Both the position numbers and the translations under genes were made by a program. The notes below the pieces were generated by a model. That model did no database searches, was not told the origin of the DNA, and worked only from the letters and a program-made list of their open reading frames with translations. DNA of 64,000 nt from Patescibacteria group bacterium (lineage in GTDB: Bacteria; Patescibacteriota; Patescibacteriia; Patescibacteriales; JAQTRU01): assembly GCA_028711655.1 (NCBI GenBank), contig JAQTRU010000001.1, positions 6,648-70,647 on the forward strand, written 5' to 3'. Of this stretch, positions 19,066 to 30,369 are shown one piece after another. Position 1 is the stretch's first letter. Each line of letters starts with the position of its first letter.

Positions 19066-20033
19066 AAAGCAGTTTTTAGTTTTTCACTTTTCGCTTTTAG
19101 TTTTTCTTTGTATTCCTCTCTTCTGTCATTAACATGAAGTTTTATTATTCTGCCATCAACCACTACCCGGCTGTCTATATTCATAATATCTTTTATTTGT
19201 CTCGGCATTATTTCCAGTTGGATCTCTTTAATTCTTCTTTCCAGCCCGCCCAAAAGCATATCAGCCACGTTGCGGTAAAATCGAGAAAAACTTTTGCCGG
19301 CATCCCGCCTATAATTAATTCCCCCGGCTTCCCAATTAGACAAATAATTTTTTAGCCAGCCATTGGCTTTAATAAATTTATTATAAATATTATCTCTATT
19401 ATAAACCGGCGCTAATCCGGCCAGCCAATAGATAAAATAAATATCTCGCCCGCCCCCCAGCATTAATTTTTCCAGATTCATGGCTTCTTCGCTTATAAAA
19501 AAACTTAAGCAAATTTTATCTTTCATGTTTTTCGGTTTCGGCCGCAGGCCCAATATTTTTATAATTAAAACGCAAAAAAATCTCGTTAGCCAAACCCTCC
19601 CATCTTCCGTGATAATAAATAAATCAATATCGCTTTCCTTTTTTAGATTATGCGCCCCGATTATATTTCCAACCGCGATCATTTTTATCCAAGGAATAAA
19701 TTTGAAAATTTTAGCCAGCCAAACCGCCCGCTTGAATTTCTTATCCGTATAATTATATCTTGCCATCCTTTGCCTTATAATTTCTTCTCGGCCGGCTAAA
19801 AAATAAAAACGATTCTTTTCTCCTATGCCCAAAAGGGGTTCAACCCCCAATTTGGGGGTTGAACCCCTTCGCTCTACTAAAACTTCTAAAACTTCACTCA
19901 ACTCGCACTTTACACCCGTATATTTCCAAACCTCAAATCCGGTTAGCGGGTAAGAGAACAAGTCAAAAAAAGCAATTGTCTCCACAATTGCCTCCTCGAG
20001 TTCCGCTTGTTTTTTTGCGTAATCAATTCCCAT
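19062..20033 (-). CDS. Hypothetical protein, possible nucleotidyltransferase fold
   Basis: ESDIDLFIITEDG resembles an NTase hG[GS]...DxD motif. Contains the palindrome insertion at 19835-19867. Confidence 0.35.
   Translation of the reverse strand: MGIDYAKKQAELEEAIVETIAFFDLFSYPLTGFEVWKYTGVKCELSEVLEVLVERRGSTPKLGVEPLLGIGEKNRFYFLAGREEIIRQRMARYNYTDKKFKRAVWLAKIFKFIPWIKMIAVGNIIGAHNLKKESDIDLFIITEDGRVWLTRFFCVLIIKILGLRPKPKNMKDKICLSFFISEEAMNLEKLMLGGGRDIYFIYWLAGLAPVYNRDNIYNKFIKANGWLKNYLSNWEAGGINYRRDAGKSFSRFYRNVADMLLGGLERRIKEIQLEIMPRQIKDIMNIDSRVVVDGRIIKLHVNDRREEYKEKLKAKSEKLKTAL
19835..19867. repeat. Perfect 15-bp-arm palindrome inside the CDS
   Basis: GGGGTTCAACCCCCAATTTGGGGGTTGAACCCC, translated ...PKLGVEPLLGIGE. 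Confidence 0.8.
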
Positions 20034-20037
20034 ATCC

Positions 20038-21129
20038 TTATTCCATTTTGGGTTTATCTAGCGCCATCGGCTCAATTTTTGATTCGCCCTCGGTAATTTT
20101 TATCACGTCTTTATCCATTTTTTTAAATTCTTTGTAGGCATTATTATAATGATTAACAGTGGTGGACATGCTAATGCCCAATTTTTTCATAAAGTCATCA
20201 TAGCTTAAAAGGTGACGGCCCAATTTTTCCACGTTAATTTTGATCGCCTTGGCGCTTTCTTCAATCTGCAAAGCCCGCAAGCCCTGAAGAACAGTTTGCA
20301 GATAAGCTAAAAATGAAGTTGGAGAAACAATAATCACGTGTTTGTCGCGAAAAGCGTATTCTATCAAATCTCTGGTATTTACCTGAACAGCGCCGACTTT
20401 ATTTATAAGCAGATCATAATAAATCGCTTCGCTGGGAATAAACATAAAAGCAAAATCCATAGTTTTTTCCGCCGGCTTTACATATTTAGAAGTTTCATCA
20501 ATTCTATTTTTCAAATCTTGTTTGAATTGCTTTTCCAGTTTTTCTTTTGTGCCCGCATCAGAGCAATTTAATATTTTTTCATAATTTTCCAAAGAAAATT
20601 TGGAATCAACCGGAATAATTTTGTCTTTCACAAACACGACGGCGTCAACAATGCTCCCGTCTTTGAAAGGATATTGCATCTGATAAGAATTCGGGGGTAA
20701 AACATTTCTCAAAGTTTCTTCCAAAAAATATTCACCCAAAACTCCGCGCTGTTTCGGATTTTTTAAAATATCCTGCAGATTCTGAAGCTGGGCCGAAAAA
20801 TTTACTACTTGCTTATTGGTCTCATCCAATTTGGTCAATCTCTCGGTCACATCGCTAATCAGTTTGGCCGACTGCCCGGTTATGCCCTGAATAATTTTAG
20901 TGGCTTGGCCGAATTGCTCCTGCGTCGCCCGATGGGTTTCCGACAGCTTGCCGTCCATAGCTTGGCGCAATTCTTTGTTTTGCTCCGCTAGCTGGGACAG
21001 TTTTTCCATCATCGTAATCAGTTTCTCTCCATCTCCGTTTTCTGTTTTTTTCCGCAATAAAAGAAAGATAATGGCAATTACCCCGAGAATCAAAAGAATT
21101 AATAAAAATGTCATTAACTGGTTCGGCAT
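20038..21129 (-). CDS. rmuC: DNA recombination protein RmuC
   Basis: N-terminal TM helix, long coiled coil, and the RmuC C-terminal domain (DFAFMFIPSEAIYYDLL). Confidence 0.75.
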   Translation of the reverse strand: MPNQLMTFLLILLILGVIAIIFLLLRKKTENGDGEKLITMMEKLSQLAEQNKELRQAMDGKLSETHRATQEQFGQATKIIQGITGQSAKLISDVTERLTKLDETNKQVVNFSAQLQNLQDILKNPKQRGVLGEYFLEETLRNVLPPNSYQMQYPFKDGSIVDAVVFVKDKIIPVDSKFSLENYEKILNCSDAGTKEKLEKQFKQDLKNRIDETSKYVKPAEKTMDFAFMFIPSEAIYYDLLINKVGAVQVNTRDLIEYAFRDKHVIIVSPTSFLAYLQTVLQGLRALQIEESAKAIKINVEKLGRHLLSYDDFMKKLGISMSTTVNHYNNAYKEFKKMDKDVIKITEGESKIEPMALDKPKME

Positions 21130-21379
21130 CTTAAGTAAAAAGTTTAAAGTTTTAAAATTTATAAAGCAAAATAATGTAAAATATCGACCAAAATTGCCAA
21201 ATAGTATGCGATACGCATTATACGTTCCACGTTATGCGATAGTTTCATCTTATCAATATTATCTGGCTTCGGCAAGGGTGAAAAAAGGATATCGCAAACC
21301 CCTGCCCCCTTCGCCGAAGTGGCTACGGAGACCAAGCATGGATTTACGATATCCTAAAAAATTCGGCAATAAAAAAAGA

Positions 21380-21412
21380 CCCCGGATATTCTTTCTCAAG
21401 AATTATCCGGGG
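21380..21412 (-). terminator. Terminator of the 21434-22063 gene
   Basis: ccccggatattctttctcaagaattatccgggg with an adjacent A/T run. Confidence 0.55.
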
Positions 21413-21433
21413 TTATTGTATGTGTTTATTTTT

Positions 21434-22063
21434 TCAAATGTTCGGGACGATCTGGAGTATTTTCTCGAGATCGCGGACCGGGCGCATGACATTGTCGGTA
21501 AAAACCATTGAATATTTCAGGGAGTCTCCTGAAAGATCAACTTCGCAGGGAGTATTGTTAATCCGAAAATGAACTGTTTCTCCCTGTCTTTTGTCCGGAA
21601 AATTCACACGATAGTTGCGGCGTTCTGCTTTCCCCACTACTTCTTTTCGAATTTCGTTGAACATCTTGTTCAACTCGGCATCGCGGCGCGCTTTTTCCGG
21701 GCCCTGGCAAGCATGGGAAAGAGCTAATTCCAGAAGACCGTAATGGTACTCTTCCGAAAGCTGCGGATATTGCCTGGTATCCAGAGTGGCAGTAAACTTG
21801 CCGTCCGTCGTTTCGATGCCCACCGTAATACGATCAAACTCCTTTTCCTTCCCGTTCCAGTCAGCTATGAAAACTTCCTTGTTTATGGATATAGGCGTGG
21901 TGAGCGGGAGATGATGTCTCGTGAGCGCCGACTTGACGAGATAATTTTCGACCCTATTAAGGCCGTCAATCTTGACATTCAGGGTTTCCTCTTCAGCCTG
22001 GACGCTGGCGACGAGAACGGTGAGAATAGCGATGACGACGAACAGAGCTTTGAATGCTTTCAT
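21434..22063 (-). CDS. Secreted hypothetical protein (signal peptide); start at MKAFKALF
   Basis: MKAFKALFVVIAILTVLVASVQA signal peptide. Noticeably higher GC and GC3-rich codons than neighbouring genes. Confidence 0.5.
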   Translation of the reverse strand: MKAFKALFVVIAILTVLVASVQAEEETLNVKIDGLNRVENYLVKSALTRHHLPLTTPISINKEVFIADWNGKEKEFDRITVGIETTDGKFTATLDTRQYPQLSEEYHYGLLELALSHACQGPEKARRDAELNKMFNEIRKEVVGKAERRNYRVNFPDKRQGETVHFRINNTPCEVDLSGDSLKYSMVFTDNVMRPVRDLEKILQIVPNI

Positions 22064-22273
22064 AGCATCCTCCTTAAAAATGTGAGAAACGAAAACGACG
22101 AAAACGATAAATAACTTTATATATAATGTAAAGATCAATTAATATTATTAATAACCATTATCAAATAATTATAGCATACTTTAAAATATTTGTCAAGGAT
22201 TTTAACTGATTATTCACTTTTTTATTTAATATTAGATAAAAAAGGACTGCTTTATAACAGTCCTTTTGAAAAA

Positions 22274-22810
22274 TCAATTTCCGCTTGCGAAAATCTTAAA
22301 AGAATCTTTGGTAATTTTTCGGCCATAATTTTTTATTTCATCTATGGCGTAGTCCCCGAAAGGCGCCAAACCTTCGTGATATAACATTCCCTTCTCATCT
22401 TTTAGATTCATATTTTGCCGCTCAAATTCAACCGGCCAGACATAATAAATTTCTGAATTTAAACCGTATTCTTCGCCCACGCCCCACAAAATATTTCTGG
22501 TGACAAAATATAAATTGCCAAAAGCTGGTTTTATTTCTTTTCTGCGGGGAGCGAGAACAACGTAAATTGAATCAGATTCAACTAGAACCCTTAAAGCCTT
22601 TTCGCTATAAAAAGCAAAATAAAAATCGCCGTATTCTTCCCAGACCGCTTTTCCGTCCTTGAATTCGATTTCTTTAGAAGGTTTCCAGCCTTCGGAAATC
22701 TTAATTTTTGAAAGATCGGCTCTGACAACGATATTTATATCACCAAAAGCAAGGCAAACTCCCAAGGCCATAAAAATGGCCACAGACAATGCAACTGTTA
22801 CCGTTTTCAT
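22274..22810 (-). CDS. Secreted hypothetical protein
   Basis: MKTVTVALSVAIFMALGVCLAFG signal peptide. Confidence 0.5.
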   Translation of the reverse strand: MKTVTVALSVAIFMALGVCLAFGDINIVVRADLSKIKISEGWKPSKEIEFKDGKAVWEEYGDFYFAFYSEKALRVLVESDSIYVVLAPRRKEIKPAFGNLYFVTRNILWGVGEEYGLNSEIYYVWPVEFERQNMNLKDEKGMLYHEGLAPFGDYAIDEIKNYGRKITKDSFKIFASGN

Positions 22811-22819
22811 TCCAATCCT

Positions 22820-22880
22820 CCTTGTTTGTTATCTTAATTGTCCTAAAAATCTTAAAAATCCCAAGAGCCCCAAGAATCTC
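22820..22880. repeat. Copy of the dispersed cccaaaaatcccaagaatc element
   Basis: ctaaaaatcttaaaaatcccaagagccccaagaatc; related copies at 17848-17895 (inside a CDS) and 28766-28800. Confidence 0.6.
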
Positions 22881-22886
22881 ACCGTT

Positions 22887-25670
22887 CTACACCCAGGTCA
22901 CGCAGGCGACTTTATCGCTCGCTTCTTTAAAGCGCATCAATCTTACGCCCTGCGTATCCCGGCCCAATTGGTTAACTGACTTGAAAGGCAGTCTTATCAC
23001 CTGGCCCTTTTCTGAAATCACGATTAAATCTTTTTCCGCCATTGCCTCTATATTAACAATAAAGGCATTCACCAGTTTTCCGGTTTTACTTGTTACTTTA
23101 GCAGTTTTGATTCCGGATCCGCCCCGGCCCTGCAACTTATAAAAACCCAGAGCGGTCCGCTTGCCAAAGCCCTGCTCCATAATAATCATAACCTGATATT
23201 TTTTCATTTTTTCTTTATCGCCTTTGATAACTCCCATGCCAATCATAATATCGTCTTTTTTCAGCCGAATTCCCCGCACCCCGGCAGCATTGCGTCCCAT
23301 ATCGCGGACATCAGATTCCTTGAAGCGCACAGATTGGCCTCCGGCCGTAATCAACTGAATATGGTCATTGCCGCCGGTCGGCTTGGCCCAAATTAATTTA
23401 TCTTCGCCTTTTATTTTAATGGCAATAAGGCCTGACCGGCGGACATTGGCAAAGGCTTCCAGCTTGACTTTTTTCACCAACCCCTTTTCTGTCGCAAAAA
23501 ATAAAAACTTGCTGTTGGAAATTTTGTCTAAAGGCAAAACCGAAGTTATTTTCTCCCCGCCCAAAAGCTGCAAGAAATTAACAATCGGCGTGCCTTTGGC
23601 GGTCCGAGAGGCCTGCGGCACCTCGTAAGCTTTTAATTGAAATACCCGGCCGCGGGTAGTAAAAAATAAAATATCAGTATGGGTAAAAGTAGTAAACATA
23701 AATTCAACCGTATCTTCTTCCTTGGTGGACAGACCGATTACGCCCTTGCCGCCGCGCGCTTGTACTTTAAAAGTATCCGGGGCTAAACGCTTAATATAAC
23801 CGTCCCGCGTCATTACAATCATGGTTTCTTCGTTCGGCACCAAATCTTCAACGCTGAAATCTTTTACGCCGTGGGCGATAACCTCTGTCCTGCGCTTATC
23901 GCCGAATTTATCCGCCAAATCTTTAATTTCGTTTTTTATGATTCCCCTTATCTTTGCTTGGGATTTTAAAATTTCTTCCAAATCTTTTATAATCTTCTTT
24001 TTCTCCTTTAATTCCTCTTCTATTTTTAACCTCTCTAAATTAGCCAAATTCTGTAATCTCATTTCCAAAATAGCCGTTGCCTGCAAATCGCTAAGCTTGA
24101 ATTTTTTCATCAAATTCACCTTAGCCACTTCCTTGTCCCGCGACGCTTTAATCGTCTTGATGACTGCGTCAATGTTCTTCAAAGCAATCATCAAACCCTC
24201 TAAAATATGGGCTCGCGCCTTGGCTTTGTCCAAATCAAATTGGGTCCGGCGCCTTACTACTTCCTCGCGGTGCTTGATATATTCCTCCAAAATCATTTTC
24301 AAGGTAAGAACTTTCGGCTGAATCCCGTCCACTAAAGCCAGCATATTAATATGAAAAGTTTCCTGCAATTGGGTATGCTTATACAGGCTGTTCAAAATTT
24401 TCTTCGGATAGGTTTCTTTTTTTAATTCCACTACTATGCGCACCCCTTCTTTATCCGATTCGTCCCGCAAATCTTTTATGCCTTCTATTTTTTTGTCTTT
24501 CACCAAGTCGGCAATTTTTTCTACCAAAGTGGCCTTGTTAACCTGATAAGGGATCTCGGTAATAATAATATGAAAATTTCCCCCCTTGGTTTCTTCAATG
24601 TTGGCCCGACCGCGCATAACGACCCCACCCTTGCCGGTAGCATAAGCCTGAAGGATATCTTTATTATTATAAATAAATCCGCCAGTTGGGAAATCCGGGC
24701 CTTTGACGAATTCCATTAAATCTTCAACGGTTGCGGCCGGCTTGTCTATTAAATAAATTATGGCGCTGGTTAATTCCGATAAATTGTGGGGAGGAATATT
24801 GGTCGCCATGCCTACGGCGATGCCCATTGTGCCGTTAAGAAGAAGGTTGGGGAGTTTGGCCGGAACCACTCTCGGTTCTTTCTGCGAACCGTCAAAATTC
24901 GGAGTAAAGTCCACGGTATTTTTGTCAATATCAAAAAGCAATTCCTCGGTGATGGACGCCAACTTGGCTTCCGTATAACGCATAGCGGCCGCGTTGTCTC
25001 CGTCCATGGACCCGAAATTTCCCTGTCCGCGCACCAAAGGATAACGCATGGAAAAATCCTGGGCCATGCGGACCATTGAATCATAAACGGCCGAATCGCC
25101 ATGGGGATGATATTTGCCAAGAACTTCACCGACAACGGTTGCCGACTTTCTAAATTTAGCCCCGGCCCGAAGGCCGATGCTCCACATGGCGTATAAAATT
25201 CTCCTGTGCACCGGCTTTAAGCCGTCCCGGACATCAGGCAGAGCCCGGCTTACAATTACGCTCATGGCGTAATCCAGGTAAGAAACGCTCATCTCTTCCA
25301 CAATTGCCTGTGGCTCCACCAAACCATACTCTGTTCTTCTGCGGCTGTCTACCACTTGCGATTTTATGGTTTTATCGCCTTCTTTCCCCGCCGCCTCAAC
25401 AACTTCTTTGCCCGGCTGTTCTTTGTCTGTTTCACCTTCTTTCTCCGGCAATTTGGAAACAGATTTCTTAGTTTCTTCTTCCCCGGCTTTCTTCACAATT
25501 TTTTCCTTATCAACTTTTTTCGCCGCCTTAACCAACCTTTCGGATTTTACCTTCTCTTTCCGCTTAGGCAATTTGCTTTTTTGCTTGCCCCGCAAAGCTC
25601 CGCCTGCCGGCGAGGCAAGCTTGGCGTCGTGGGGTTTTTTTGCTTTTGCGCTTTTGTGCTTAACCGCCAT
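22887..25670 (-). CDS. gyrA: DNA gyrase subunit A with ~110-aa lysine-rich N-terminal extension
   Basis: [33 protein letters not shown], then the full GyrA and C-terminal beta-pinwheel. ATG at 25670; upstream [11 protein letters not shown]...[10 protein letters not shown] tail. Confidence 0.9.
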   Translation of the reverse strand: MAVKHKSAKAKKPHDAKLASPAGGALRGKQKSKLPKRKEKVKSERLVKAAKKVDKEKIVKKAGEEETKKSVSKLPEKEGETDKEQPGKEVVEAAGKEGDKTIKSQVVDSRRRTEYGLVEPQAIVEEMSVSYLDYAMSVIVSRALPDVRDGLKPVHRRILYAMWSIGLRAGAKFRKSATVVGEVLGKYHPHGDSAVYDSMVRMAQDFSMRYPLVRGQGNFGSMDGDNAAAMRYTEAKLASITEELLFDIDKNTVDFTPNFDGSQKEPRVVPAKLPNLLLNGTMGIAVGMATNIPPHNLSELTSAIIYLIDKPAATVEDLMEFVKGPDFPTGGFIYNNKDILQAYATGKGGVVMRGRANIEETKGGNFHIIITEIPYQVNKATLVEKIADLVKDKKIEGIKDLRDESDKEGVRIVVELKKETYPKKILNSLYKHTQLQETFHINMLALVDGIQPKVLTLKMILEEYIKHREEVVRRRTQFDLDKAKARAHILEGLMIALKNIDAVIKTIKASRDKEVAKVNLMKKFKLSDLQATAILEMRLQNLANLERLKIEEELKEKKKIIKDLEEILKSQAKIRGIIKNEIKDLADKFGDKRRTEVIAHGVKDFSVEDLVPNEETMIVMTRDGYIKRLAPDTFKVQARGGKGVIGLSTKEEDTVEFMFTTFTHTDILFFTTRGRVFQLKAYEVPQASRTAKGTPIVNFLQLLGGEKITSVLPLDKISNSKFLFFATEKGLVKKVKLEAFANVRRSGLIAIKIKGEDKLIWAKPTGGNDHIQLITAGGQSVRFKESDVRDMGRNAAGVRGIRLKKDDIMIGMGVIKGDKEKMKKYQVMIIMEQGFGKRTALGFYKLQGRGGSGIKTAKVTSKTGKLVNAFIVNIEAMAEKDLIVISEKGQVIRLPFKSVNQLGRDTQGVRLMRFKEASDKVACVTWV

Positions 25671-25680
25671 ATTCAAATCA

Positions 25681-26250
25681 TTATTTATTATTTTCTATCT
25701 CCTCCTCTAATTCTTTTAACCTGTTTTTTAATTCCTCAAGATTTTCCTCTTTTATTTCCGCCTCGGGCGAAGAAAAATCGGCATTTTTATTCGGCAATAA
25801 ATTGCTCTCATCTAAATTATTTTCAGTAGAAGTGGAAATATTATCTATAACGCTTACTTGTTTTAATTCTTCAAGCCCCTTTTTTATCTGCTCTATCGTC
25901 TGGCCAAAGTCGCCGGTAAGCTTATCCCATTCAAATTGCCGGTAATTGTTTCTCGCTTCCTTCGCCCCCCTAAAAACGCTTCTCATATTCAGAACCCAAC
26001 CGGCAAAAATTAAAACCATAAAAAAACTTACTCCCGCCCACATCATTAATTTTTTATCCCGTTCAATCTTTTCATCTTGGAAAAGACGGGGTTTTCCGAT
26101 TTCCCTTTTTACCGGCTTTTCCGATTTTTCTCTTGACTCAATTTTTTCTTGAGCGCGGCCGATTTCCCTTTCGGCTTTGGCTTTGGGAGTTTTTTGAACC
26201 TTTACTTTTAACTTAATTTTTTTTACCCTATCCGCCATATAACAAAACAA
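25681..26250 (-). CDS. Lys/Glu-rich single-TM coiled-coil protein, hypothetical; stop 10 nt before gyrA
   Basis: Basic N-terminus, one TM ([19 protein letters not shown]), acidic coiled-coil C-terminus. Confidence 0.45.
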   Translation of the reverse strand: MFCYMADRVKKIKLKVKVQKTPKAKAEREIGRAQEKIESREKSEKPVKREIGKPRLFQDEKIERDKKLMMWAGVSFFMVLIFAGWVLNMRSVFRGAKEARNNYRQFEWDKLTGDFGQTIEQIKKGLEELKQVSVIDNISTSTENNLDESNLLPNKNADFSSPEAEIKEENLEELKNRLKELEEEIENNK

Positions 26251-26470
26251 TAAAAACCACTCGACTGCAGAGTGAAATTATGCTTCTATTGTAGCAAGAA
26301 TAATAAAAAAAGTAAACCCCGCAGAAATGAACATTAATGCGAAATTAACTCAAAAATATAATTATAACTTAATAAAATAAGGGGCGGTTTTCTTGGCGGG
26401 GCAAACCTCTTGGCAAGTTTACACTAAAAATTAAAATTTACTAAATAAAAATAAAAAAACTCAAGGTTTT

Positions 26471-26499
26471 TTGCTAAATAAAAAAGCTGTTGATATTAT
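26471..26499 (+). promoter_or_regulatory. Candidate rRNA promoter P1
   Basis: TTGCTA-17 nt-TATTAT. Confidence 0.45.
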
Positions 26500-26513
26500 G
26501 TTTATAAAGGCCC

Positions 26514-26542
26514 TTGACATTAAATAAATAATAGTTTACTAT
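26514..26542 (+). promoter_or_regulatory. Candidate rRNA promoter P2
   Basis: TTGACA-17 nt-TACTAT. Confidence 0.5.
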
Positions 26543-26706
26543 TAAAGATACGAAAAATACAAAAGAATAGCAGGCAGGAGGCAAGGAAACAGTAATATTA
26601 ATTTAAATTTAATATTCCTGTTTTTTTGCTGCTTGCCCGGTAATAATTCCGGGGAGAAGGAATGCCCTTTAACAATTTATTAAATTTTGGTGAACAAAAA
26701 AATTTT

Positions 26707-26722
26707 TGGCGCTAGCAGGCGC
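26707..26722 (+). promoter_or_regulatory. 16S leader half of the long-range processing stem (pairs with trailer 28678-28690)
   Basis: Leader GCTAGCAGGCGCC is exactly complementary to trailer GGCGCCTGCTAGC; RNase III-type stem enclosing the 16S. Confidence 0.6.
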
Positions 26723-26989
26723 CGATTTAATCCTGTCGTCCTCGGACGACGGGGCAAGGATAACGAAATTTACCCGGGGCAACCCGGGTCTCAAATAGAA
26801 GTTAAAAGCTTCAACAGGGAAGAAAACCTGTTTAAAAACTTTCTCTTGGATAGTAAACCAAGTAAAAAACTTTAAGAGAGTTTTCAGCCAGAGGCTGATC
26901 CGCCTTTGGCGGAGATCCTGGCCTGCCCGCAAGGGCAGGTTAAAACTGGAGTACTGAAAACTTTCCTTGGATAGTAAACCAAGTAAAAA

Positions 26990-28603
<1,614 letters not shown>

Positions 28604-28718
28604 TCTAGGGAGATATTCGGTGAAAAAAACGAATGTGTCGACCTACTTAAATTTTTATAAAATCTAGGTGGGAAATTGGCGCCTGCTAGCTTTGAAATTT
28701 TGATCATCAAATAAAAAA

Positions 28719-28746
28719 ATACGCGAGTTGATCGCGTATTTTTTGT
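28719..28746 (+). terminator. Terminator downstream of 16S
   Basis: atacgcgagttgatcgcgtattttttg. Confidence 0.65.
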
Positions 28747-28808
28747 TGTAAAAATTTTAAAATAAATTCCCAAAAATCCCAAGAATCATTATGATCCCAG
28801 GGATCCCG

Positions 28809-29804
28809 CTAATTAATCCCCATTCTCTCTTTTACTCTTCTTAAAGTTTCATCCGCAATCGGCTTAACTTTCTTTGCCCCGTCTTCCATGATTTTTTTCG
28901 CTTCTTTATCACTAATTATTTTATACCTTTCCTGGAAATCTGCCAAGAACTTCTTTACCACTTCGGCCAAATCTTTTTTAAAGTCGCCGTATCCCTTGCC
29001 CCGGTATTTAGCTTCCAGTTTTTTTATTGGCTCATCAGAGAGTAAAGAATAAATAGTCAACAGATTAGAAATTGCCGGCTTGCTTTTTGGGTCATATTTA
29101 ATTTCCGAACCGGAATCAGTTACGGCCTTCATAATTTTTTTAGCCGCCGCTTCCGGATTATCCGTTAAGCCAATAAAATTATATTCGCTTTCTGCGCTCT
29201 TGCTCATTTTCTTGCTCGGGTCGTCCAGGCCCATAATCCGCGCTCCTTCTTTTCTAATAACCACTTCCGGAATTTTAAACGTTTCACCGAATTGCGAATT
29301 AAACCTACGCCCTAAAGTCCGACAAAGTTCAACATGCTGGGCCTGGTCTTCTCCAACCGGCACGGCATCGGTATTATAAAGTAAAATATCCGAAGCCATT
29401 AAAACCGGGTAATCAAAAAGGCCGATCCCAACATTTTCCTGTCCTTCTCCGGCCTTATCTTTAAACTGGGTCATTTTATTTAAATCGGAAATCCGGGCTA
29501 CGCAATTTAAGATCCAAGTTAATTCCGTGTGCGCGCTAATATCAGACTGCTGGAAAATAATTGATTTTTTCGGGTCAATGCCGGACGCTAAATAAATTTT
29601 AGCCACTTCTATAATTTTTTTCTTTAGCGCTTCTGGGTCCTGCTTAACCGTAATGGCGTGATAATCAACCACGCAAAAAATGCATTGATTTTTCTCCTGC
29701 ATTACCACCCACTGGGCAATCGCGCCCAGATAATTGCCAAGATGCAGATTGCCGCTGGGTTGGACCCCGGAAAAGACTATAGGTTTATTAAGCATAATTA
29801 TCAA
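28809..29804 (-). CDS. trpS: Tryptophanyl-tRNA synthetase
   Basis: GNLHLGNYLGA (HIGH region) and KMSKS. Confidence 0.9.
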   Translation of the reverse strand: MIIMLNKPIVFSGVQPSGNLHLGNYLGAIAQWVVMQEKNQCIFCVVDYHAITVKQDPEALKKKIIEVAKIYLASGIDPKKSIIFQQSDISAHTELTWILNCVARISDLNKMTQFKDKAGEGQENVGIGLFDYPVLMASDILLYNTDAVPVGEDQAQHVELCRTLGRRFNSQFGETFKIPEVVIRKEGARIMGLDDPSKKMSKSAESEYNFIGLTDNPEAAAKKIMKAVTDSGSEIKYDPKSKPAISNLLTIYSLLSDEPIKKLEAKYRGKGYGDFKKDLAEVVKKFLADFQERYKIISDKEAKKIMEDGAKKVKPIADETLRRVKERMGIN

Positions 29805-29807
29805 ATT

Positions 29808-29852
29808 ATATAGTATTCGTATATTCGTAAATAATTCGTAATTCGTAGGAAT
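29808..29852. repeat. attcgta element copy upstream of trpS, ~36-nt near-identical to 37806-37843
   Basis: tattcgtatattcgtaaataattcgtaattcgtagg. Confidence 0.75.
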
Positions 29853-29894
29853 ATACTATTATTGTAATTTAATTATTGGTTTTAAGCAAGAAAA

Positions 29895-29930
29895 AGGTGG
29901 AGACAAGACGGCATCTCGTCTCCACCTAAA
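29895..29930 (-). terminator. Terminator of the small zinc-ribbon gene pair
   Basis: GGTGGAGACaagacggcatctcGTCTCCACC followed by T5 on the minus strand. Confidence 0.6.
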
Positions 29931-29934
29931 ACCA

Positions 29935-30072
29935 TTACTGCCTGCCGTTCCGTTTTTGGAACTGGCTCTTTCTAGCGCTTTTGTCGCATTTCGGACAACG
30001 CTTTACGGTTTTGCCGCCGGGCAAATAGAACGTTTGAATTCTTTCACCATGAACACTGCATTTCTTAGCCAT
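29935..30072 (-). CDS. Small zinc-ribbon protein (45 aa), not in the ORF track
   Basis: MAKKCSVHGERIQTFYLPGGKTVKRCPKCDKSARKSQFQKRNGRQ with SD GGAGAAGG. Coordinates +/-1. Confidence 0.5.
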   Translation of the reverse strand: MAKKCSVHGERIQTFYLPGGKTVKRCPKCDKSARKSQFQKRNGRQ

Positions 30073-30087
30073 AAATCCTTCTCCTAA

Positions 30088-30291
30088 TTACCCATTACAA
30101 AAACCACCTGATGGTGAAGAACCAGACTCCCCGCTTGTACCACCTACAGGAGTGGTAAATCCGAAACCAACGGAATTACGCGGTTTATCTCTTCCTGTAC
30201 TTGTCTCTTTCTTTTGCCCGCATACCAAACAAACGCCGTCAATGACTCTACCGCCGCAACCAGGTTTAGAACAAATTAATTCTTCAGCCAT
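30088..30291 (-). CDS. Small zinc-ribbon protein with Gly/Ser-rich tail (start at MAEEL)
   Basis: MAEELICSKPGCGGRVIDGVCLVCGQKK... with SD GGAGG. Confidence 0.5.
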   Translation of the reverse strand: MAEELICSKPGCGGRVIDGVCLVCGQKKETSTGRDKPRNSVGFGFTTPVGGTSGESGSSPSGGFCNG

Positions 30292-30369
30292 GATAGGCCT
30301 CCATGTTAAGAATGAACAATTAAATATACAATGAATGAACAATTCCTTTCCGCATTAGTCCGCATCAGT

